Part shown: positions 1 to 9,300 of the stretch, in pieces
Position numbering within the stretch: position 1 is the first letter of the stretch
Layout of the letters: each line of letters begins with the position of its first letter
Source: a virus
Lineage: Duplodnaviria > Caudoviricetes
Direction: 5' to 3' (one strand)
Virus record (IMG/VR): IMGVR_UViG_3300030329_005293
Span: 1-52,683 of that record
Length of the DNA: 52,683 nt
The notes under the pieces: model-generated
Told to the model about the DNA's origin: nothing
Databases searched by the model: none
Seen by the model: only the letters and a program-made list of their open reading frames with translations
Position numbers and translations under genes: made by a program

Positions 1-2358
1 TTACGCAAATGTAAGGATATTACGAATTTGAATAACGCCAGTCAAAACAGTTGCAGATCCATCACCATTCTGAGCAAGGATACCCACTTGAACAATGCTG
101 CCAGAGGTGGGGGCAGTCAATGTACACATACCATCATTTGAACTGCTATCCAAAAAAATCGGTTGACCTACACCAACACCATTGGCAACAGCGTTTGCAA
201 ATTTAAATGCAACCACAGAACCTTGCATTGTCGCCACTTTTTTAGATTGATCAGCACCACTCGCGTCTTCTACTGCTATGCCGAAAACAATTGAGTCAGA
301 GACAGAAGATGAAGATGCTTTGAAAGTTTTGCCATTAGATTGATCAATGCGTAAACAACAACCAGAGTCATAAGCCTCCCCAGACGTCATTTTTAGGCCA
401 GCATAAATCCCAGCAGCATAACCATTTGCAGCCAATTGGATTGCCCCACCGGGATTGGCTTGAAATTTCGAGGCATTGGCTTCAATATCTACACTTCGAG
501 AGTCAGTGATAGAGATAACAGCAGCATTGTTTTCTTTGAAAACAAGCCCGTTCTCTCCTTCGACTACTAATGAATCCCCCGCACGATGAATTTTGTCTGT
601 TTCAAGATTTCTCAATCCAGACAAATCCTTATTCCCATCCACAACCAAGGCTTTTGAGTTTTCAGCTTGCCCAGGCGTGGTTACATCAACATAATTCAGC
701 TCTGCAGTTGAGGCAGTTAGTCCATCAAGTTTGTTGATCTCAGCAGCAGTAGAGGTCACGCCATCAAGAATATTCAACTCTGCTGCAGTGGAGGTCACGC
801 CATCAAGAATATTGAGCTCAGAAGTTGAAGCTGTTAGTCCAGTAAGTTTGTTAAATTCGGCAGCACTAGCAGTAAGATTCACTCCCGACAATTGCAGACT
901 TGTCGCATTGACTTGACCTGCTGATCCATAAATCACTGCTTTGGAATTGTTAATTGCGCCAGCACTACTGGTGTTGAGCAAATTCAATTCAGAGGTAGTA
1001 GTATCAACGCCATCAAGTTTGTTCAACTCAGCAGCAGTGGAGGTCACGCCATCGAGAATATTGAGTTCAGCAGCAGTAGAGGTCACGCCATCGAGAATAT
1101 TCAACTCAGCAGCAGTGGCTGTTACGCCGTCAAGAATATTGAGCTCAGCAGCAGTGGCTGTTACACCGTCAAGAATGTTCAACTCAGCAGTTGTAGAAGT
1201 AACTCCATCTAAGAGATTCAGTTCATCAGTTGAAGCTGTTACACCATCTAAGAGATTGAGTTCTGCAGTTGAGGCGGTCACGCCGTCAAGTTTGTTCAGT
1301 TCTGCAGTTGAAGCTGTTACACCATCAAGAATATTCAACTCTGCTGCAGTAGAAGTAACTCCATCGAGAATATTGAGCTCTGCTGCAGTGGCAGTCACGC
1401 CATCAAGAATATTGAGTTCTGCAGTTGTAGAAGTAACGCCGTCCAACAGATTCAGTTCTGCTGCAGTGGCGGTCACCAAAGCATTACCAAGCTTCAAACC
1501 TTGGCTTGACCCATTATGATTCGCAATTTTTACAAAGTTTGTACTGATTAATTCTACATCACCTTGATTAGAGGCGCTGATAGAGACTCCCGTGTGACCA
1601 TCGATTGATACAGTTGCTGCATTGGAATCAATTGTGATAGCACCCACAGAAGTTGTGAGGTTGACAGCACTATCACCAATAGTGAGATCATCAGATGCCA
1701 TTGAGTTGGCTGTGATGCTATCTGCTGAGGTCAACATTTGTCCAAATGACAGCGCTGCCGCATCGTCGCCAAATGCTACCAACATTTTGTTGGTAGCGGC
1801 ATCTGTTTTTAGGATACCTACCTTGACTTTTGTGACAGTAATTGTGTCGTCGTCACTGTTTACAGTCAATGATGTCAATACCAATCCTTCGATGGAAGAA
1901 GTTGGAGTATTGGTGCTGGCATCTTTAATCGTGATGGTAGATTTACTTGTGCCAGAAGAATAGGAGACTGAATGAATTTCATACAACCCATTGTTGCTGG
2001 AATCCGTTGCCGAGGTGACCAAGATAAAATCATTTGCACTCAAAGAACCGGTCACGTCAGCAGGGATCACAATTGTTGTGGCTGTTGTAGCTGAATTGTC
2101 CACTGAATAAGAAGCAGTGGTCGGATCAACTACCCAACAAATACCACCATCTTTGGCGGTATCATCAGCATAATTTGAATTCATTAGCATGAATCGGTCT
2201 GCTGTAAGGACCTCACTATTAATGGTAGTTGTTGTTCCCAAAACAGTCATGTTCCCATCGACTGTCAAATCTCCTGGAACACTTAAAGTATCGGAAGCTC
2301 CGGGGATAATAGTTCTAATGTTGGTACTGTCAAATCCAGTTACCTTATAAATAGTCAT
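1..2358 (-). CDS. Fibre-like virion protein with ~18 internal 13-aa repeats and a C-terminal beta-tulip/DUF2190-like domain
   Basis: ORF 1..2370, likely start MTIYK at 2358 (GAGG upstream). S/T/A/G-rich with LDGVTSTAAELNI repeats typical of phage fibres; lies in the late operon. Confidence 0.75.
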   Translation of the reverse strand: MTIYKVTGFDSTNIRTIIPGASDTLSVPGDLTVDGNMTVLGTTTTINSEVLTADRFMLMNSNYADDTAKDGGICWVVDPTTASYSVDNSATTATTIVIPADVTGSLSANDFILVTSATDSSNNGLYEIHSVSYSSGTSKSTITIKDASTNTPTSSIEGLVLTSLTVNSDDDTITVTKVKVGILKTDAATNKMLVAFGDDAAALSFGQMLTSADSITANSMASDDLTIGDSAVNLTTSVGAITIDSNAATVSIDGHTGVSISASNQGDVELISTNFVKIANHNGSSQGLKLGNALVTATAAELNLLDGVTSTTAELNILDGVTATAAELNILDGVTSTAAELNILDGVTASTAELNKLDGVTASTAELNLLDGVTASTDELNLLDGVTSTTAELNILDGVTATAAELNILDGVTATAAELNILDGVTSTAAELNILDGVTSTAAELNKLDGVDTTTSELNLLNTSSAGAINNSKAVIYGSAGQVNATSLQLSGVNLTASAAEFNKLTGLTASTSELNILDGVTSTAAELNILDGVTSTAAEINKLDGLTASTAELNYVDVTTPGQAENSKALVVDGNKDLSGLRNLETDKIHRAGDSLVVEGENGLVFKENNAAVISITDSRSVDIEANASKFQANPGGAIQLAANGYAAGIYAGLKMTSGEAYDSGCCLRIDQSNGKTFKASSSSVSDSIVFGIAVEDASGADQSKKVATMQGSVVAFKFANAVANGVGVGQPIFLDSSSNDGMCTLTAPTSGSIVQVGILAQNGDGSATVLTGVIQIRNILTFA
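692..1476. repeat. Degenerate 39-bp coding tandem repeats (13-aa unit LDGVT[SA]TAAELN[IKL]) in two blocks
   Basis: About 13 units at ~985-1476 and about 5 at ~692-876, visible in both DNA (gcagtggaggtcacgccatcaagaatatt) and protein. Confidence 0.9.
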
Positions 2359-2387
2359 AAAAAACCTCAATTAGTAGGGTGAAAAAA

Positions 2388-2930
2388 TTAACGATTGGTT
2401 GAAATGTGTTGTATCTGTAGCAGGCATTTTCTTAATGTATTGCTCCCATCACCATCTTCAATGAGAATCCCAACTTGCACAACTTCTGTGCCTGCTAATG
2501 TGGGCGCAACCATTGTGCAAAGTCCATCATTTGTGTTGGTGTCCAAATAGACTTTTTTTCCACAACTGTTATCATTGGGCGGGGTACTAAATTTAAAATC
2601 TAAAACGCTTCCTTGCATTACTGCAATGAGCACACTTTGATTGGCACTGCTACATTCTTCATTTGATACGCCAATACACAACGCCTCGGTTGGGGCATCG
2701 TTGGCACTCTTATAAATTTTGCCATTGACATTCATTCTCACACAGGTCCCCTTGATAAAAGGCTCGCCTGATTGCAATGTTATTCCTCCAACCAATGCCA
2801 ATGTAGCCGTGTTGTTATTTTGCTGTCGGACTACAAATTTGGCAATATCTGTGGCACTGTATTCTTGATCGGACATTTGTAGTCCAGACACAGTGAAATT
2901 GGTTGAAGAAATAGTGGGGCGAGATGGCAT
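2388..2930 (-). CDS. Virion protein paralogous to the C-terminal domain of the 1..2358 fibre
   Basis: Shares motifs SGE..G.C.R..NGK..K, MQGSV..FKF, LD...NDG.CT..APT and VQVGIL...GDGS. Start overlaps the upstream stop (TGATG) with a GGAG RBS. Confidence 0.7.
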   Translation of the reverse strand: MPSRPTISSTNFTVSGLQMSDQEYSATDIAKFVVRQQNNNTATLALVGGITLQSGEPFIKGTCVRMNVNGKIYKSANDAPTEALCIGVSNEECSSANQSVLIAVMQGSVLDFKFSTPPNDNSCGKKVYLDTNTNDGLCTMVAPTLAGTEVVQVGILIEDGDGSNTLRKCLLQIQHISTNR

Positions 2931-3346
2931 CAACGCTCCCACGTAGGACGTAAAAAAATGTGGTGTGTAACACTTTCAGAGGTTGTTATCGCCAATCCAC
3001 TTTTCCCATACAGTTTCCCACTTGACGTGTAATAGACGGGGCTCACATTGGGTTGTTCGTCACACGTCACCGCTGCCGAGGAAAACATAAACACTGATTC
3101 TAGACTGGTGTCCGAAGGCAAATTGCTTGCACTCCAAGCCGCTCCGGTACTCTCTTCAGCCAGTAGGGGCTGCATGTTTGTGCTGGGAGATTTATTGTTG
3201 ATACATTTCCATCTGATAATTCTCCCAGCAGTTGGAACTTCAATCTCAAACAAATCTGTGGTCGCATTACCAGACTCCACCACAATTATATGCAACTCTC
3301 CATCTGCTGAAGCCTTATTTTTGGTAACTGTGTAACTGTATGCCAT
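2930..3346 (-). CDS. Hypothetical virion protein
   Basis: 138-aa ORF tightly packed in the late operon, with an AGGAG RBS. Confidence 0.6.
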   Translation of the reverse strand: MAYSYTVTKNKASADGELHIIVVESGNATTDLFEIEVPTAGRIIRWKCINNKSPSTNMQPLLAEESTGAAWSASNLPSDTSLESVFMFSSAAVTCDEQPNVSPVYYTSSGKLYGKSGLAITTSESVTHHIFLRPTWER

Positions 3347-3347
3347 G

Positions 3348-6300
3348 TTATTCTCCTCTTGGGGGTCTCAATATCTGCCCCCCGGTTGTGAATCCCTTCA
3401 GATCCGCTTCTTTCATCATGAGTTTTTTAATTTTCTTCCGATGTATTTCCTCTGCCACTTGATCTGGAAGATCCTGTTTAATTTTTATACCACTCATTGC
3501 ATTTATCAAGCGCCATGTCAATGGTGTTCTGCTGATTACCTTCTCTCCACCCCTTGCCATCGCTCTTTCCGTTAAATTGGCCGTGTGGAATTCATCACTA
3601 ACTTTTGCTGCACCTGCAATATATCTGGTCCATGGTGATACATCATAAGCATATTTCCTTGCCATGAGCTTGGTGTCACTCAAATAATGGACGAGTTTGC
3701 CGCTGCGAGGATCTACAACACTGTGCATCGGGATGGCCTCTTCTATAGCATTGGCCATGTAAACAAATGGCAGGAAGTTGCTATTCTTTAGATGAACAAC
3801 CGTGGCGGCTATGTCCTGAACTTGGTGCGACCGAGGGTCGTCAAAGGGACGCTGATAGAACATGTACTCTTTGAGAACACCCCACTCTAAGAGAGCCCGT
3901 AAAGCAAAGTGAGATTGAGCCGCAGCATAATGGAATGTTGCCGGATTCTCTTGCAAACTGCTTAAATGAGACTTGGGCGTGTCGAAGCCAGCAAAGTTGA
4001 CAATCTCGGTAACAATACCACCAAGGGAAGCCACCTGTTGAGCAAAAGACTCAATGGGCAATCCAAAACCCTCAATGATGATATTGTTGTCTGGTTGAAC
4101 ATCCAGCCTGATTTTATATAGATTGTACTCTGGCTGATACTTTAGGTCTTCTGCTCTTTTCCTAGCTGCAATCACAGGGTCGGTGGGTCTCTGCTTTTCC
4201 TCATCTCGTATCGATTGGAACATCCTGGGAAGAAACTCATATGCGGTTCGATAGAACTGAGCAAAGAACTGGGGGTTCTTCTGCATCATGTCTAAATGTA
4301 GAATGAAGTTCTTATGGTTCCATGTGAAGAACGGAATGGCCAGCCTCATCCAGTCCCTTTGTGCAGGAGTCAGGTCACTGTAGTTCATCAGGAACTTGTT
4401 TGTATGCGCTGTGGCCTCTTCAACCGTTCCTCCTCGCTTCATGTTGGCGATGAAGTTGATCATCCTGCCTTGGTTCTCTGCACGTCTGGAGAAGGTTTGA
4501 CCCCATTTCTTTGGCATAGCTGTGAAAGCAAAGAATGATCCACTGGCAAAGCCCGACAAGGGACCAAGCGAAGTAATGACAGCATCTTCGACGTGAGAGA
4601 AAACTCTTTTAAACCGCGCACCCCCTCCTTTTGCTTCTGCGGTTCCAAGGGCATGAGCCATCTCCATGAAATCAGACTCAATCATATCGAGGTCAGCATG
4701 GAATGTACTGGAGCCTGAGATAACACCTCGGTCATGAAGCATACCCAGAGCTTCGTCCATATCGCGCAGTATGCCATCACCAAGGTCAATGGTGTTCAAC
4801 TTCTTCGGGTCATAGATATTTGAGAAGATAATCCCTTGCCGCTTTCGGTTGACATATTCCAAAGCCTTTTCCCCTGCTCGTCTGGGGGCTTTGTAGTATT
4901 CGTGAGCGTTTCTCAAGCTGCCATGACGGGCAAAGTGATCAGCTAGGTTAGAGATATGCAAAGACTTCAAGCAGGTGAATGGATTTAATGCACCACCCCA
5001 GCCAACATCAAGTGCATTTTGATATGTGTTACCAATCATGTTTCGCACTGTGAAAGCTGTAGCCATGACGGTCACACGAGTCTTCCACCAGTTGTTCCAC
5101 TGATGAAGTTTTTGCGCCCACCCCGGCATGTCCTTGGGGGTCAGCATTATTCTCATGCTCTCCTCAACCCCTTCTGGTATGTATTGTCGATACAATGGAC
5201 CACTTTTGTTCGGTTCAAAGAACATTTGCAGACTGTCTTTGCTGATATTGGGTAGTCTTTCATCAGCAAGTTCTGGGTGTCTCTTTCGATGAGAATTGAT
5301 GGCAGCTACGTGGGAGTTTATCTCCTCCGTCAAGTCGTCCCAAGCGTTCTTCTTTTCCTTTGCCTTTAGGATTCCATAGGCTTCACTGTCGGGGTTCTTC
5401 ATTTCCGTGAGTTTGTCTATCTGCTTCTGCTTCCCAACTATCTGAGGGAGAAACTTATCCTTGTGGTCAGGCTTCCCTCGCTTTTGAAGAGTGGCTATCT
5501 TTTTTTGACTTGCCTGAATCTGTTTCTCTAAATTCTTTGTGCCTTTATTCTCAGCTTGTTTCTTAGCGATGGTCTTTTTTAACTCGTTTATTTTAGCTTC
5601 GAGGTCTGCAATATCCTTCTGAAAACCTTGGAGAGATGCTGTCTTCTTTCCCTGAATAACTGCCAGTTCTTGGTAGGCAACCTTGATGTCATTATCAATC
5701 TTGGCAACCACCTTGGTCATTCTATCTTCCACAATCTCTTCAAGTCTGGTTTTTACATTGAACGCTTCATTGCCCACAAGTGGAACCACCGGGTCTTTTT
5801 GTGCTTTGGTGTATCGATACTGGTGCATCCGTATACCCATCACCGCTTGTTCTACGGTTTGGGTTTCATTGACTTGCTTGATGTCTCTCACCCATGACAT
5901 CAATGGATTAATCGATTCAACCTTTGCTCCTTCCTCTTGGGCTTCAAGCAAGATTTTATAGGCATCCTCAATCTTCCTCCCCTGTGCATCGATGAACTGC
6001 ATCTCTCCAAGGGTTCCAGACATCATGATCTCAAACTCTTTTTGTCTCTCTCCTCGGTTATACAGAGGCACATAGCCAGCTTTTGTTGCCTCTTCTAAAG
6101 TCGTGAAGGTTCGGATGACCCCCCCTTGGTTGAGAGACCACAGGAAGTCTACCGATGAGAGAGCTTTTGAGGAGTTGAAGAACTGAGCCATCAGCAATTG
6201 AGGACTGACAGCAAACTTCCAGTTTGAATCTTGGCTACCACCCCTGGGGAGAGCATTGATCTCTTCGATTGTACCAGACAACTTTCGCATCTTCTCTTGA

Positions 6301-9300
6301 TCCATATCGATGCTGAGTTGTCGATCAATGGCTCCTCGCTCCAAGGATTTAAGAATCTGTGCTTCATCCTGAATGGGCAAAGCCGCATCAAACCTCATGT
6401 GAGGTACATATCCCTCAACACCCCACAACATCCGTCGTTCATGGGGGGAACGCATAAAGGTGAAGCCATGTTGTTTATAGGCTTCTTCATAGGCTGCGTA
6501 TTTCTCACTCAACATTTCTACCAATGGTTTGATGTCTTCTGATATTTCAGCAGTGTATCGTTCACCAACCACCGTGGGGAGCTGAGACATCCCTTCCATT
6601 CGAGCTATTTGCTTTTCGTCCAGAGCCTTAGCTGCCGCTTGATATTCTTCTGGGGGTCCCTCTTTTCGTAATCGAGCTACCTCCCTTCTTTCTTCTTGGA
6701 ATTTTATTTCGTCTTCTTTACGACGCCCCTTCGGTAGTTTTGCTCTCCCCACTGGTTGACCCACAAACTTTTCCTGAAGAATTTTGAAGGTGTTTGCTCT
6801 CTCCTCAACCGACTTGGGGTCACCCAAATATTTCTTCGTTCCTTCCAAGGTTTTCATGATGGCTTGTAGAAACTCTTCTGTAGACACCGAGGTGCTATCC
6901 ATCAGTTGTCGAGCATCAACCCACAGGTCCTTCTCCCATTCCATCAGGTCTCTGACATAAGCCTCACCCTTGTGATTGGTAGTGATTCTCTCTGCCACCA
7001 TCTTGGGTGTTACCAACTCCAAGGCTTGCTGTTTTTTCTGCTGTTCGGTTATGATATTGGCGATTCTCTTATCGATTGTTTCAAGTTTAGCAACCGTGCC
7101 CTTGTCAAACTTACCAGCTTTTATTTTTTCCAATTGCTTGTTGGCGACTTCCTGCAACTTCTTTAAGTTGGCAAGGGGCTCCTCCCAGAATTTCTGTCTT
7201 GCCTTCTTGAATTCTCTCTTCTTCTGTCTTTTTGCCAATGTGGTCTCATGTTTGGCTGCTTTCTTGTCTTTTTTGGCCTCTTTCAAAATTGGTTTTGAAA
7301 GCTCAGCTTTTTTTTCAGCTACCCCTGCTTTTGTCTCTTCATCAAATTCAAGCAGCTTTTTTTCCAACGCTGCATTTGCCTTTTCAATCCGTTGTTCATG
7401 TTGAGCGATTGATTGTTTAGCTGCCTCTACCATGGATTTGGTTTCGGTTTGATGTTCTAGCAGTTTTGCTTTGGCAATCTCTTCTGCTTCCCCTTTCCCC
7501 GCAGCAGTTGCTTCATCTACCATTTTGGCAGTCTCATCATCAAACGCTTTCAATGCCTTGGTGGTATCAACCTTGGGTGCCTTGGGTGCTGCCTTGGGTG
7601 GGAAGTCTTTATTATCTTTCAACCAATTTAATCGTTGGATACGAGCATCATCTGGTTGGGCTTGTATCAGTCGCTCGTATTTATTCTTCGCTGCTGTTAG
7701 TTCTCTTCCCGGTCTAAGGATCTTGTCTCTTATCAGCCTTTGGTCTATCAACTCTTTGAGTTCTTCATCTTTTTTTAAGACTTGCTTGCCAGCATACATC
7801 AAACTTTGTCTTACTTGGTTTGCTGCCGTTCGCCTTTCAACCGCTTTCTCATGTTGCTTTCTGAGGTCAAAATCCTTCAGTGCTGCCTTGGGGGCTTTTA
7901 TCTCTGGTAAATTAGCCTCAAATGCTTTGTAATCTGAAGCGACTTCAGCATATAACTTGGCATATTCTTCGTTTAACTCTTTAGCGGTATCAACCTTGGG
8001 TGCTGCCTTGGGGGGAGTAGCATGGTGAATAAGATACTCAATAATTTGTTTAGAATCACCTGTTTCATAGAGGTCTAACTTCCTTCCTGCGTTGAATTTT
8101 TTGGCTGCCTTTTGGACCAACCAATAATTATCTAATGATGGGGTTCGCTGGTCTTTATCTAAGGCTTCATCCATCCATCGAAAATAATCCCGAATCACAT
8201 CTTGTATATTAAAATCCTTCTTAGATTCTTGTGCATATCTACTTAATATTGTTTCAAGAAACCTTCTATAATATTTATTAACATCAATAGAATTTTGGAC
8301 TTCATCGACGTCTGTACGGAAAGAAAGCTCGTTGTTCTTTCTTTCTTTCTTTAGCGACAGTAGTTGTTCATTGTATTTTTCAGCCCCTTCTTCTGTTGTC
8401 TTAAACTTTTTTCCAGATAACTTTCTTTTGACCTTCTGTTCAAGCTCAGCCAAAAGAGCCATTCTTTCATATATAGGAACGCTTTCCCAAGCGTTATACT
8501 CTTCCAAAACTATTTGTCTGTGTTCATCATCATATTTCAAAAAATCTGGATGTTGTTTTATAAAACGACTGACTTCTCTTGGGTTAGCCCAAGCATGCCT
8601 TGCATTGGTAAGTTGTCTGTGTTTTTTCTCTGATGTAAATACTTTGTCGGTGTGATAATAATATCCTTCATTTTCAGCTTTTTCTATTATCGATTTAATC
8701 TCGCTTGTTAGCTTCTTGTGCAGGGTTCTCTTCTCTTTTAACTCCCAAAGTTTTTTATCCATAGCGGTATCAACCTTGGGTGCTGCCTCTGCCTGTAGGG
8801 TCTTCTCTAACTCAACTCGTTCGGATGCTCGTTGGGCCTTGATAGTATCGATTGAAGTCTGGTCTATCTTAATTGGCTGCTGTTCAAGTTTCTTGTAATC
8901 TGCATCTCTACGGGCTTGTATCTCTTCTGGTTGTTCAAGTTTGACTGGTTTAATCTTTGCTTCTTTCTTTAATGCAACCTTTTGTTTTCTTCGTGCTTTT
9001 CTATAGTCAGCAGTGGTGGCAGCTAACTTTTGGTCCCTTAGTTTGTTGATTGCAGCAAGCCGTGCCGTTTGAGCCTTGTTCAGTTCTTTAATGGCTTTCT
9101 GGTGTTCTGCCTTTAAGATAGCCAGTTCTTCTGGCGTTGAAACACCTTCCGTGAAAGCCTTTTTTAAGGCTACACGAGCCTTTAGTCGATTGTTCAATGC
9201 CTCTATTTGGTCGGTTATTGCGGTCTTTACATTCTCAACAACATCGTGCTTTTCAATTTCAGCCTTTTTGATTGCCTTGGATAATTGTACCAAGGAGGCT

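Noticed and set aside
692-1476. CRISPR array or DGR template/variable repeat
   Set aside because: The repeats are contiguous, in-frame and vary mainly at synonymous positions. There are no spacers, cas genes or reverse transcriptase.
731-1963. Plus-strand repetitive ORFs (731-916, 941-1519, 1622-1963)
   Set aside because: Antisense shadows of the fibre gene and its 39-bp repeats.
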